A DNA stretch of 64,000 nucleotides from Candidatus Microgenomates bacterium. GTDB taxonomy: Bacteria; Patescibacteriota; Microgenomatia; UBA8517. Below the pieces are notes generated by a model. The model was not told the origin of the DNA. It made no database searches and worked only from the letters and a program-made list of their open reading frames with translations. Positions 49,764 through 60,148 of this stretch are shown one piece after another. How positions within the stretch are numbered: the first letter of the stretch is position 1; the number at the start of each line of letters is the position of its first letter. A program made the translations under genes and the position numbers. The stretch lies in assembly GCA_049519355.1 (NCBI GenBank), contig JBEKQV010000001.1:193-64192 (forward strand). Reading direction: 5' to 3'.

Positions 49764-51464
49764 CTAATTCACTTTAAAAATTGTTACGTTGTTATTTTGA
49801 AATATCTGTGTCAACCCAAGCTGCTTGGCTCCCAATTTCGCATGCTGATCCGTTAACCAATAAATATATGATATGTTATTTTTCTCAAGAAAACTTCTAG
49901 CACTACTAATATTTAGCGTCGTGAGAAAGCTCTCAACGGAATTTCTCCTTCCCTGCCAAGGATATTGTAAATTATCTAAATTCGTTTGATCTTCTAAAAA
50001 CGTATCCTTATCCGAAAAGGCAGAAACATATGCTGTTGTATCATACATGTACAACGGGGTTAATGAATGCCCACCCAAAATTTTTGTAGAGTTATAAGGG
50101 TAAGTTAACACGATACCATCCGGCTGTTGCGATAAGAATTTCAACGCTTCTAATTCATTTGTAGGAATAACAGAGGGTGGTTTCTCCGGCAAATAATAAC
50201 CCATCGACGCAATTGTTGTTGGTATGGTCAGCAATACAAAAATGGTAATTATCAAGCCTTTTGTAAACGATGATGATTTACTTTCAATAAAATTTCCTAC
50301 TACTACCCCCGCAGCGATTCCCCCAAATATAAGGGAATAATAGAAAAACTGAATGGTGTTCCATGGGGTTCCTTTCTGCGTAAAAAACATCGGGACGACA
50401 ATTCCTGCCAAAATTAATGCAAACAAAAATATCTCGATTGGACCTGCTGTTAATAGTTTTTTTGGCTTTTGGAGAAGTGGTTTGAGTGCCACTAGTCTCG
50501 TACTGAAATTGCCAACAATAAAAATAACAAACGCTAAACCATAAGCCAATATTGCCTTTCCCCAAATTCTTCCCATTCTATAAGTGGTCATCGCCGAATA
50601 GAGCTTGTACCAATTGAATCTGTCTGGGTAAGCCATCATCGATTCCAAAAACCAGAAAGGAGTAAAAACAATTAAGTTTACCGAAGATTTATTGAAGGGA
50701 ATAAATAAAAACATGGAGATTACTGCCGTGACCAAAAATATCCAAAGTAAAAAATAATCTTTCTTTCTAATTATCTGCCAGATTGCTACAATTAAAATTG
50801 AAGTTAAAACTAGAAGTCCCGCGTACACTTTGATAAAAATTGAGACGCCTAAAAATAATGCGGTAAGACAAAAGTTAAATAAAGTCTTTTTCTCAAGATA
50901 TTTTTTAAGGTATATGAGTCCCAAAAGAATAGTTATCAACGAAAGTGCAAATGGGGGGTTAATAAGAGTTGATATGGATTGCTGGGACCAATACATACTT
51001 TCCCCTCCCCAACCTTGACCTCTAAAAAGCGAAACCAACCAGCCAAAACTGCCGCCAAAGTAAACAAAAAAGACCGCAATCAACGATTCGATCTTTGATT
51101 TTCGCCAAATATACACAAATGCGTACGAAAGTAACCCAATTGCAAGAGCCAGTATTGGAGGGGTTATTTGAAAATAAAGATTAACAACAGGAATAAAAGT
51201 AATTTTGTGTAAAATGGCCAAAATTAAATCAAAACCGATGTGATAATTTTGAATAGGAAGACTTGCAAATGTAGGCAATTGAAACGACCCGCGCGACAAA
51301 CTTTCAGCAAGAGCGACATGCCATACCCCATCATGGCCGTTTGCTCCCCAAAAACCAATGCCGTAAGAATAAATCCACCCACTTTTTACCATCGTCAAAG
51401 ACCAAACAATGGTGCCAATTAAAACCAATAGCCATTTAAAAACGTTATTTGTTAATATTTTCAT
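49764..51464 (-). CDS. GT-C family C; STT3/AglB-like C-terminal domain
   Basis: FWGANGHDGVWHVALAES, NYHI..D, IKVYAG, IQF..Y, ALKFL...YDTTAYVSAFS, ISYIYW...IFQNNNVTIFKV. Confidence 0.7.
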   Translation of the reverse strand: MKILTNNVFKWLLVLIGTIVWSLTMVKSGWIYSYGIGFWGANGHDGVWHVALAESLSRGSFQLPTFASLPIQNYHIGFDLILAILHKITFIPVVNLYFQITPPILALAIGLLSYAFVYIWRKSKIESLIAVFFVYFGGSFGWLVSLFRGQGWGGESMYWSQQSISTLINPPFALSLITILLGLIYLKKYLEKKTLFNFCLTALFLGVSIFIKVYAGLLVLTSILIVAIWQIIRKKDYFLLWIFLVTAVISMFLFIPFNKSSVNLIVFTPFWFLESMMAYPDRFNWYKLYSAMTTYRMGRIWGKAILAYGLAFVIFIVGNFSTRLVALKPLLQKPKKLLTAGPIEIFLFALILAGIVVPMFFTQKGTPWNTIQFFYYSLIFGGIAAGVVVGNFIESKSSSFTKGLIITIFVLLTIPTTIASMGYYLPEKPPSVIPTNELEALKFLSQQPDGIVLTYPYNSTKILGGHSLTPLYMYDTTAYVSAFSDKDTFLEDQTNLDNLQYPWQGRRNSVESFLTTLNISSARSFLEKNNISYIYWLTDQHAKLGAKQLGLTQIFQNNNVTIFKVN

Positions 51465-52950
51465 TCTTGTGAAGTATTATTCCGGAAACTTTTCTTATGT
51501 CGTCAATTATCGACATTCCGACAAAAACAAAAATCGAAGCAAAATAAGCAACCATTCCAATAACTGTCAGCACAAAGACCGAATAAAGATTTACTGGCAA
51601 AAAGTTTCTTAGAACCAAAAGAACAGCTCCCATAATAAAGGATGCCGCAAGTGGCTTAAATGTACTTTCCGTCAACGAAAAGTCGACGTATTTCTTAACA
51701 ATAAATATAGCGATGATGGAGGAAGCTCCAACAATTGCATAACCTGCTGACGCACCGTTAACACCATACTTTAGACCCAAATAAGGAACAAGTAGCCATG
51801 TCAAAACTGTCCACATAACCATTAGTCCCGAAGTTATTTTGATCTTACCTATGGCATTCAGAAGGTTGGTCAATTGTGTCGTAACGGCAGCAAATATCAC
51901 GTTTACGGCTAAAAATGCAAGAGGAATAACTGCGGGTAGCCACTGAGAGAATTTGGATATGGATTGGAAAACTATCGGGGCAAGAATAACTATTCCGACA
52001 ACGGCAGGGAAAACCAAGAAAGCAATGAAGAAGATTGAGCGAGTTACATTTTCTTTCAATTCCTTCATGTTGTCCTGCATTCTGGAAAAAGCCGGGAAAG
52101 TAACCCGGGTTACATTATCAAGAACTACTCTTAGCGGCATCTGAATCCACCCCTGGGCCCAAGAAAGAATTCCAAGTGGTCCCAATCCGATAACTTTACC
52201 CAAGATTATTGTTAAACCGTCATCCTTTAAAACAGCTATAAAAGTGTTTATTTGGTATGGAATTCCAAAAACAAGAAGCTTCTTGAGTGAACTTCTTGAA
52301 ATCTGAAGTGTCGGCTTCCATGGTTGGAAAAGATATAGCACTGTTACTCCGATAATTCCCCTGGCAATAACCGAAATTGTAAAACTGGTAATTCCAAAAC
52401 CCTTCCACGCCAAAAAAACCAGAACGAGATTGTAAACAAGAGTCTCAATAATTGCAGATATCGCAACCACTTCGAATCTTAAATGCCGTTCCAATATCAC
52501 CGACGGAATTGATTTCAAAGAAGACATAAAAAATGAAAAACAAAGTGCATAAAGGAGGTATACCGAGCTTTGATCAAGATTGTAAAAATGGCGTATAAAC
52601 GAAGTCCCCGCCACTACAATAAGAATTAGTGTAATTACCAGTATCTGCTGAACAGTGAATGTTGTTTTTAGGTCCTCCTGCGTAATTTTTTCCTTCTTCT
52701 GAATTAAGGATGCGGCTAAACCAATATCAGAAAAGTAAACCAAAAAATTTATGATTGCGGAGACAACACCAAAAATTCCGAAAAGTACCGGGTTTAGAAA
52801 CTTGCCCAGAAAAAAATAGGCAATTATTGTGATTATGTAAACCCCAAAGTACTGTTGTGTGAGAGCCACAATACCTTTGACAGTACGGCTTTTGACGGTT
52901 TCCAGGTTTATTTCGGCCGTTGGATCCAAATGTTCCTCAGTAGGTTCCAC
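51445..52950 (-). CDS. wzx: Oligosaccharide flippase (Wzx/MOP superfamily)
   Basis: About 12-14 TM; FSDIGLAASLIQ, LERHLRF, VTFPAFSR, LNAIGK; GTG start. Confidence 0.85.
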   Translation of the reverse strand: MEPTEEHLDPTAEINLETVKSRTVKGIVALTQQYFGVYIITIIAYFFLGKFLNPVLFGIFGVVSAIINFLVYFSDIGLAASLIQKKEKITQEDLKTTFTVQQILVITLILIVVAGTSFIRHFYNLDQSSVYLLYALCFSFFMSSLKSIPSVILERHLRFEVVAISAIIETLVYNLVLVFLAWKGFGITSFTISVIARGIIGVTVLYLFQPWKPTLQISRSSLKKLLVFGIPYQINTFIAVLKDDGLTIILGKVIGLGPLGILSWAQGWIQMPLRVVLDNVTRVTFPAFSRMQDNMKELKENVTRSIFFIAFLVFPAVVGIVILAPIVFQSISKFSQWLPAVIPLAFLAVNVIFAAVTTQLTNLLNAIGKIKITSGLMVMWTVLTWLLVPYLGLKYGVNGASAGYAIVGASSIIAIFIVKKYVDFSLTESTFKPLAASFIMGAVLLVLRNFLPVNLYSVFVLTVIGMVAYFASIFVFVGMSIIDDIRKVSGIILHKNENINK

Positions 52951-52956
52951 TCATAG

Positions 52957-52965
52957 ATTGTAGCA
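52957..52965 (-). promoter_or_regulatory. Extended -10 (TGCTACAAT) 6 nt before the wzx GTG; leaderless-type
   Basis: TGCTACAAT-ctatga-GTG; the same 9-mer occurs at 60149..60157. Confidence 0.55.
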
Positions 52966-52987
52966 TGCCTGAAGATAATAATTTAGC

Positions 52988-54493
52988 CTAGGAAGATTTT
53001 ACTTTAATTAACAACAAACTGTCCCTAGATCCGTCCGGTCTATAGGCCTTCGGGTAGGATGCTATAGTTATACCGATTTTGGAAGGAGCCACATTTAATC
53101 TTGATTGATTTATAAGAAGATAGGTTTCGTCCCCTGCCTTGATTGCATCAATCAAACTTTGTGGAATTGTGTTAATTCCTAACCCTACCCCGATAATCGT
53201 AATCTTAGGAACATCATTAAGATACATTTCAAGGCCGTCAGGGAGAGTGCCGAAATACCCTTCTGTCCCGACAACAATCTTGGTGGAAGGATTTGAAACC
53301 AACCTGTTTCTTAAATATACTGAGACTTCTTTAATTCCGTATCCTGAAGTCCACTCTTCGAGATAACCCGACCTTTCACTCCTGGGTAAGTTTGCTTTTG
53401 CAGGATTGAATAATAACCGGTAATCAAAAAATAATGACTGCCCTACAAAAAACACTAATATTAAAGCCAAAACTATCAGCAGTTTTTTTCTGTATTCAAG
53501 AAAAGCCGAAGCAGCTATAATAACCAAAAACGGAATTGAAAAAAGAATATATCGGGCGGTTAACACCTTGGCAAATTCACACTGAACCACAATCGGCCCC
53601 AAAAACCAAATCGTTAGAATCACAAGTTGCTTCCAACTCTTCTTCCAATTAATTAAATAACCGGCCAAACCAAGAACCAGCAGCGACCACGGCCCCATTG
53701 CAACCAGCCATTGCCAGGATTGAATCAAAAACGGTTTAAGGGGGTCAAAGGGACTTACCAAAAAATGATTTATCGGATAAACATAATCCAAGTTTCTACT
53801 TGCAATAAGTTCAAAATTAGGTCCAAGTCGTAAAATGTTATACATTCCGTAACCGATTATTAATGTGACAATGGTCAGAGGAACGATTTTAACAAGTCTT
53901 TTTGGAGATTTAATAAAGAACCAGAGAGTCGGAAGCATAATTGCAAAGAAGAGTGCCGGCGACTTTGTCAGCCATGCCCCTCCGAGTGCAAAACCGGCGA
54001 GCATTGCGCAGTCTAATCGCTCTTTTGTAAAAGCCAGATAGGCAAAAATAAAAGTCCAAACACCAAACATCGTGAGCATTGAATCTACCAAGGCCATTCT
54101 GTCAAAAAAGAATGAGAACGGAGAAACCGCATAAATTAAACCTGCGATAAGAGCCACTTTTTTATTCTTAAATAATAAGTATGTTAAGAACGAAGTTCCG
54201 ATTAGGGTTCCCAAACCGGACAAAACCGAAACAATTCTACCCGCCGTCAACGGATCGTGGATTAATTTCAAAAACGCAATGGTAATCCACATAAAAAGAG
54301 GTTCTTTTCCGTCGGACAAAGGTAAAAATCTCAAGGTTTCTTCAACCCTCATCACTTGCGACCAGCGGATATAAATCGCTTCGTCAGCAAAAACCGGTAT
54401 TATTGTTAAGTGAAAAAAACGTAACGAGAATAAAGCCAGAATGAAAATTCCACCGAGAATATATACCCAATTCTTACTAAAATATTTCATCAT
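52988..54493 (-). CDS. GT-C glycosyltransferase (PMT_2/ArnT-like)
   Basis: PVFADEAIYIRW, DGKEPLF, GRIVS, FFDRMALVD, LTK, ARY, WTSGYG; start adjusted to MMKYF. Confidence 0.82.
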   Translation of the reverse strand: MMKYFSKNWVYILGGIFILALFSLRFFHLTIIPVFADEAIYIRWSQVMRVEETLRFLPLSDGKEPLFMWITIAFLKLIHDPLTAGRIVSVLSGLGTLIGTSFLTYLLFKNKKVALIAGLIYAVSPFSFFFDRMALVDSMLTMFGVWTFIFAYLAFTKERLDCAMLAGFALGGAWLTKSPALFFAIMLPTLWFFIKSPKRLVKIVPLTIVTLIIGYGMYNILRLGPNFELIASRNLDYVYPINHFLVSPFDPLKPFLIQSWQWLVAMGPWSLLVLGLAGYLINWKKSWKQLVILTIWFLGPIVVQCEFAKVLTARYILFSIPFLVIIAASAFLEYRKKLLIVLALILVFFVGQSLFFDYRLLFNPAKANLPRSERSGYLEEWTSGYGIKEVSVYLRNRLVSNPSTKIVVGTEGYFGTLPDGLEMYLNDVPKITIIGVGLGINTIPQSLIDAIKAGDETYLLINQSRLNVAPSKIGITIASYPKAYRPDGSRDSLLLIKVKSS

Positions 54494-54501
54494 AAATACA
54501 T

Positions 54502-55983
54502 TTATTCGGTATAACCGAACATCGGATCCGTTAAATTCGCATTTTCTCCCTGACAACTCTTATCCACATCCTTTTGATTATACTTTTTATAATCGGGAAG
54601 TATTAATCCCAATGCTCCAAAGCGATCATCAAATTTATTAACAAGAGAAAGCGGAAACACTATTGTATAAACGGGACTTCCGCTTACGGGATCATTTACG
54701 TGCATATTTGCCAGATAAAAAATATACCTGTATCCAAGGTTATAGCCGGGGTTTGTAATGTATGAGACTGATATACAAGGATAATTGTGTTTTTGTGCAT
54801 CCTCCTTTATATATGCAACTATCGCCTTTTTTTGAATATATCCATTTGAGCTGTCCGGCGTATTTAATATCAGATAAATATTTCCTGCCGAATAAACAGC
54901 AATTAAAAGAACCGCCAAGAACTTCCAAAACTTTTTCTCCAATAAATAACCAAGGAATAGCGCTGCAATAGCAATCCAAACTACATTCATCCCGTCCAGA
55001 TAGTATTCGGAAAGATTAAGTGAATTAACTGTAAAAAAGCCTATATACAGTAGCTGCCACAAGGTTAATAGCAGTGCATACTCTTTTGGCAGTTTTTTGA
55101 TAATTAATAAAAATATTGCAATACCAACCAAAAGATAGAAAGCTAGTCTAACAGGGACTTGGGAAACTGATGGAAAAAAAAGATAGGTCGTATTTGCATT
55201 AACTAGCTGCATAACACGGTCCAATTTTGCCCAACCGGTTGCGGTTTGAGGAACCAGATTTCTCTGTGTCGTTACCGATGCAATAACTGCCTTTGTTTGT
55301 TGAAAATTATGCCTGGCTTCAAAAATAATTAGCGGAGTTGATAAAACTACCAGTACTCCTGCACCCAATAAAAAATATTTCCATTGAAATTTTTTCCGAG
55401 ACAAAATCCAAGCAAGTAATGCCAATGGAGATACAACAACTAGGGCAAGATTCAAATGCCAGATAAGAGCAATCAGAACTCCAAAAAGAACAAACCCTAT
55501 TTTTTGCCGGCCTTTATAAATTAAATACAAGTCATATAAATACCACACAGTCCAAAGCATTACCGGCATCGTGGGAACAACATTTCTATCGGAGAAAACG
55601 ATCATTTCGGAAACCGTATAAATAATCGCACCAATCAAACCAACTTTTTTATTAAACATTTTGGAGAAAACAAAGTAGAAGCTATAAACCGCAAAAGTTC
55701 CGAGAATCATTGTCAAAAGCAGAACATAAATTGGATCCATATGCCCCAGTAAGTAAAAAGGAATCTGAAGATAATAAAAAAGTGCTCCAATAAACACCCC
55801 TGTAACGGAAGTTTGCTGCCCGATAAGCCTTACATGGTGATTAACCAAAATGTCTTTGATAATCCAGGACGCCAAATCATTATCGTGCGCATAATAAAAT
55901 AATTCATTGGCTTTATATGCCCTAAGGAAAAAGGCCAACCCTAAAACAAGGATTATCGGGATATATTTCAAATATTTCTTCAT
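54502..55983 (-). CDS. GT-C glycosyltransferase family E
   Basis: FYYAHDND, LIGQQTS...GALFYYL, SDR, EYY; paralog of 55987 and 60905. Confidence 0.78.
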   Translation of the reverse strand: MKKYLKYIPIILVLGLAFFLRAYKANELFYYAHDNDLASWIIKDILVNHHVRLIGQQTSVTGVFIGALFYYLQIPFYLLGHMDPIYVLLLTMILGTFAVYSFYFVFSKMFNKKVGLIGAIIYTVSEMIVFSDRNVVPTMPVMLWTVWYLYDLYLIYKGRQKIGFVLFGVLIALIWHLNLALVVVSPLALLAWILSRKKFQWKYFLLGAGVLVVLSTPLIIFEARHNFQQTKAVIASVTTQRNLVPQTATGWAKLDRVMQLVNANTTYLFFPSVSQVPVRLAFYLLVGIAIFLLIIKKLPKEYALLLTLWQLLYIGFFTVNSLNLSEYYLDGMNVVWIAIAALFLGYLLEKKFWKFLAVLLIAVYSAGNIYLILNTPDSSNGYIQKKAIVAYIKEDAQKHNYPCISVSYITNPGYNLGYRYIFYLANMHVNDPVSGSPVYTIVFPLSLVNKFDDRFGALGLILPDYKKYNQKDVDKSCQGENANLTDPMFGYTE

Positions 55984-55986
55984 ACC

Positions 55987-57516
55987 TTACTTTAATAATG
56001 TTCTTTTTTGAACAACTATTCCACCAAAATTCTTCTGTTCAACTACAGCAGTCTTTGAGTTCTCCTCGCTTATTGCATCATCAACAAAGTTTTGAGGAAT
56101 CCCTTCTTGAGGTTCTATAATAAAATAATAGATTTGGATATTCTTGGGCGTATCGGGAAGAATATCACCTATATCGCCCACCTGGCTTCTTCCGTGCCAG
56201 TATGGCAAATAACCATACTTACCCAATCCGTACCAGCTATACATATATGACCACGTTGTGTTCAACCAAAGGGGAGCGGTAATGCTATTGATACTAAATC
56301 TTTGACCACCGGATGATTGATATGTGTAATCTACTGCCTGTTCTAAATTAGAAAGGACCATTTCCCGCCTTAGTGTAAAAATTGTCTGACCATCCTTGTT
56401 TTCCGATAATATTTTCGTTAAACCTGAAAGAATAACTATAAAAGTTAAGATAACGGCAAAAATTTTCGACTTTTTCCAAATTGCCGAAATAAACATGGCA
56501 GCCAAAATACATACGGCTATTCCTATCCCGACAGTCAAATAGGGTGTATCGTTTCCGCCAAAAAAAACTACGGGTAAATGGGAAAAAAGATAAAGTAGCA
56601 AAAAAAACTTCGGGTCTTCCAAATGATTTTTCGATTCCCTTCCCCACTTTTGTGTAAACCAAACAATCATAACAAAACCTATAAATCCTCCAAACCCCAA
56701 ACTTAGGGGAAAAAGATTAAGGGAAAAAGTTTTACCAATCTGATTCAGATAAACAACTATAAAATCTCCAAAGCCTTTTACACTTAATAAAGTATTTCCT
56801 CCAGTAAAAAGATAGATTAATCCTTTTATTCCAGTGAGACCAAACTTGATCTGAGAAATCCAAATAGTACAAGTTCCTGCAATAAGTCCGCCCACAAACG
56901 CGCCAAATTGCCTGAGAGTAATACTCTTCTTACAAATAATAAGCCAAGTGGCAATGGCCGCAATGTGGTAGGCAAGAAAGAGATCGGATTGGATAGAGAA
57001 ACCAAAAAAAACGCCGGTAAGAAGTGCGTACCAAACATTTTTATTCCTTGTCCATAACCAAAGAAATAAATATGTTAGAGGTACAAACAAAAGGCCTATT
57101 GTTGGATTTGAAAGCCATGTCGCATATTGGCTCGCCTCAAACGAAAAAACAAAAAATAATGATGACAATAACGAGACGTCCCTCTTTCTAAATAAAAAAA
57201 ATGACAAGAAGTAGACAACGAAAACCGTTGCTGAGCTAAAGAACGCAAGCCAATAATCGGCAACGACAGGATTACCTTTTGAAGCAAAATAAGGTACGGC
57301 AAGAAAATAATCATACAAAACTCCATGATAAAGACCTGGGGCATTTGCAGAAGGACCCTGAATTTTTATGTCTCCAGCAATAATTTGTTTAACAAAAAAG
57401 GCGTCGCGGGCTTGATCGTAAGAAAAAGTTATCGCCGATTTATTTAGGTAAAGAACACGTAGTAAAAATCCGATTACAAATATGACCGAAACAGTTAGAA
57501 AGCTTTTTTTGTTCAC
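55987..57516 (-). CDS. GT-C glycosyltransferase family E
   Basis: FSYDQARD, IQGP...HGVLYDY, WLSNP; GTG start. Confidence 0.78.
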   Translation of the reverse strand: MNKKSFLTVSVIFVIGFLLRVLYLNKSAITFSYDQARDAFFVKQIIAGDIKIQGPSANAPGLYHGVLYDYFLAVPYFASKGNPVVADYWLAFFSSATVFVVYFLSFFLFRKRDVSLLSSLFFVFSFEASQYATWLSNPTIGLLFVPLTYLFLWLWTRNKNVWYALLTGVFFGFSIQSDLFLAYHIAAIATWLIICKKSITLRQFGAFVGGLIAGTCTIWISQIKFGLTGIKGLIYLFTGGNTLLSVKGFGDFIVVYLNQIGKTFSLNLFPLSLGFGGFIGFVMIVWFTQKWGRESKNHLEDPKFFLLLYLFSHLPVVFFGGNDTPYLTVGIGIAVCILAAMFISAIWKKSKIFAVILTFIVILSGLTKILSENKDGQTIFTLRREMVLSNLEQAVDYTYQSSGGQRFSINSITAPLWLNTTWSYMYSWYGLGKYGYLPYWHGRSQVGDIGDILPDTPKNIQIYYFIIEPQEGIPQNFVDDAISEENSKTAVVEQKNFGGIVVQKRTLLK

Positions 57517-57520
57517 TTTG

Positions 57521-58546
57521 CTATAAAATTCTTAAAACACTTTCTCCGAAAACTTTGTACCCGAATTTTTTAGAAGATTCCTGGGCTTTAATTCTTAATC
57601 CTGTAAGGGAAACCTTGCCTTCAATAATAGACATTGTTATCTTTCTCAAATCACCTTCGTTTTTCCACAAAAAACCGTTTACTCCGTTTTGGACTATTTC
57701 CTCATGGCCTCCGGCATCAAAGATAATCGGGACCGCTCCCGCAGCTAATGCCTCAACCACGGTAATCCCAAAATGCTCAACTTTTTCGGGGTTTTTATCT
57801 TCGTTGACTCCAAATCCGGAAGCACTCCAAAAAACTTTTGCTTTTCCGTATAAATCTTTCAGGGTTTTAAAATCGGGGCTCTCCACAAATTCAATCGGAT
57901 AGCCTTCCGATTCATCCTTTAATTCCTTCAAATAATCACCAGCCCCAATTTCCGCTCCCCCGGCAAGAATAAGCTTCCAGTCTTTCAACCCCTCGTTAAA
58001 CAACTTCTTGAACGTCCTGATTAATATTTCCTGACCTTTATTTTGAAGGATATGGGAAAACCTGCCCACGAAAAGAATTACATTCTCTTTTCTCTTTGGT
58101 TTAATATTCTCAACATCAATCGGCGGGTAAATCACCAAGCCATTAACTCCATACTCTCTATCTATAAAACTTTTTGTAAAATTTGAATTGCAAACAATTT
58201 TATTTATCCTAAAAAGCTTCATTCTATTTAAAAGGCTTTTGCCGCCTATGTTATGAAACGGGACCTGAAAATGAAGAATGTTTTTCCTTGCACGTAAGGT
58301 GGGGATGCTTCCGTCGGAGACCCAAAAACACAAATCATAACCGTCGCCTCTTTTGATGTCTTTTACAATATTTATTTCACTAAGATCTATCCCGAAACGA
58401 TTTTCAAGGATCTCCTTTATTCCGATATCTTTCCATTCCAAATCAACCATATATCCATTCTCGACAAGAACACGGGCGAAAGCGGTAGTATAACGCTCTC
58501 CCCCTCCCAATGTGTCCAAATACGGATTATAAATTGCTGCTCTCAT
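57521..58546 (-). CDS. GT4 glycosyltransferase, ALG11/ALG2-like motifs
   Basis: YNPYLDTLGGGERY, CNSNFT, IYPP, VGRF, KGQ, EHFGITVVEA. Confidence 0.85.
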   Translation of the reverse strand: MRAAIYNPYLDTLGGGERYTTAFARVLVENGYMVDLEWKDIGIKEILENRFGIDLSEINIVKDIKRGDGYDLCFWVSDGSIPTLRARKNILHFQVPFHNIGGKSLLNRMKLFRINKIVCNSNFTKSFIDREYGVNGLVIYPPIDVENIKPKRKENVILFVGRFSHILQNKGQEILIRTFKKLFNEGLKDWKLILAGGAEIGAGDYLKELKDESEGYPIEFVESPDFKTLKDLYGKAKVFWSASGFGVNEDKNPEKVEHFGITVVEALAAGAVPIIFDAGGHEEIVQNGVNGFLWKNEGDLRKITMSIIEGKVSLTGLRIKAQESSKKFGYKVFGESVLRIL

Positions 58547-59243
58547 GTTTTATTTGAAGCTCCCAAAGTTTAGAATATGTGATTAACCTACTAAACGTCT
58601 GATAAATTATTTCTATTATTCCTACGGTTCCGTCCAAAAAACCAAGCTTAACAATTCCCCTATACCAAAATTCCCTAAAACCGGCACTGAAAAATCTAAT
58701 TATATTCATCTCTGGATGACCAGAATCGTATAAAAGTTTTGCTTCAATTTCCGACCATTTGTTCGTTTTTTCAACCATCTCAGTAATATTCCTGTGACTA
58801 ATATGAATAAGGGGTTCTTTCAGATGGGCCGTGAACCCGACTATTTCCGGTTGTTCGTGCAATTCTCCTTTCCAACCCTTTAGTTTATCTTTCTCAATGA
58901 GCCTTAAAACAAAATCAGGACTCCATCCGCCCCAATGCATTTCGTGACCCAAAAAAATATTTTTACGGGGAATCGCGTAAGCGGAAAACTCGTTAGTTCC
59001 GATTACTTGTAGAATCATCTTTTTAAGTTCCGGTGTTACCTCTTCGTCGGTGTCTAAATACAACAACCAATCCCCTTTTGCTTTTTTTGCTCCCTCATTT
59101 CTCCAGTCGGCAAAGCCTCCCTTGATTTTTGATGTATCAACCTTCACTATCTCATCACACCAAGCGACTGAGTCTAGACACTTAACCAATAAGTTTTTAT
59201 CGACCACACCCCCGATTAAAACTATTGCACTGATTTTTGTCAT
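58527..59243 (-). CDS. GT2, WaaE/KdtX-like, with shortened N-terminal region
   Basis: CDEI, RN, WLLYLDTDE, PRKN, PD..RL, LHE, GFLDG. Confidence 0.82.
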   Translation of the reverse strand: MTKISAIVLIGGVVDKNLLVKCLDSVAWCDEIVKVDTSKIKGGFADWRNEGAKKAKGDWLLYLDTDEEVTPELKKMILQVIGTNEFSAYAIPRKNIFLGHEMHWGGWSPDFVLRLIEKDKLKGWKGELHEQPEIVGFTAHLKEPLIHISHRNITEMVEKTNKWSEIEAKLLYDSGHPEMNIIRFFSAGFREFWYRGIVKLGFLDGTVGIIEIIYQTFSRLITYSKLWELQIKHESSNL

Positions 59244-59244
59244 T

Positions 59245-60141
59245 CTAAATTTTTAATTTACGTCTTATACGATCACCCAACTTCCCAGACTCTTTATATG
59301 AGGAGTCAAATTCCCAATAGTGCAAGTCTTTTTCCTCATCTCGAAAAACACTAATAACTTCGGACAAGTTTGGATTTTGATCGCTAAATTTTTCTTTCTG
59401 CCAAACTTTAAGATAAACCGACAACTCCGAAAAAGCCTGGAGTAAAGAAAGAGCCAACCCATGCAACCCGTCTTTATAACCTTCACCAAAAAAATAACGG
59501 CTTAAAAATTCATTCGACGGTTTAAGAATTAAATCTTTCCACAAAAATTTATAGCCTTCTTTAATTCTAAGAAGTGCATGCTGAGTTGAATAAGCATTCA
59601 TTCGTTCTAGATACTGCTCAACAGAATCATAATTGTGATGAATTATTGCAAATTCCTCTTTGTCTTCAATTTCCCCGCCAACTCCCTGTGTCATGGGAAC
59701 CATGTGGATTATTTCATTCCAAGAAACGGTGCCTTTTTTGAAAAGGCGAATATTGTAATCTGGCCACCAACGTGAGTGTTGCATCCAATGCCCAAAAATG
59801 ATATTTTTCCTGGGAATTCTAAAATAATCGGCTTTTGGTTCTTTCAAAACCCGGCTAATTTTTTGTGCAAGCGAGATAGGTACTTCTTCATCAGCATCAA
59901 GAATGAAAATCCATGGATTTGAAGCTTTTGAAATAGCAAAATTTCTGGCAGGTTCCACATATCCGGTTTTTTCATGAGTGAAAACCTTAGCTCCCAGTGA
60001 TTTAGCCACTTCGGCAGTTTTATCTTCCGACTCCATGTCGACAACTATAATCTCGTCCGCTAAGTTTTTTATGGAGGTTATTGCCTTCGGAAGGTTCTTT
60101 TCTTCGTTAAGTGTATTTATTACTACCGAAATCTTTTCCAC
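59245..60141 (-). CDS. GT2, WaaE/KdtX-like
   Basis: TLNEE, VDMESEDKT, ARN, ILDADE, PRKN, WPDY..RLF, GYKDG. Confidence 0.86.
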   Translation of the reverse strand: MEKISVVINTLNEEKNLPKAITSIKNLADEIIVVDMESEDKTAEVAKSLGAKVFTHEKTGYVEPARNFAISKASNPWIFILDADEEVPISLAQKISRVLKEPKADYFRIPRKNIIFGHWMQHSRWWPDYNIRLFKKGTVSWNEIIHMVPMTQGVGGEIEDKEEFAIIHHNYDSVEQYLERMNAYSTQHALLRIKEGYKFLWKDLILKPSNEFLSRYFFGEGYKDGLHGLALSLLQAFSELSVYLKVWQKEKFSDQNPNLSEVISVFRDEEKDLHYWEFDSSYKESGKLGDRIRRKLKI

Positions 60142-60148
60142 AAGCTCA

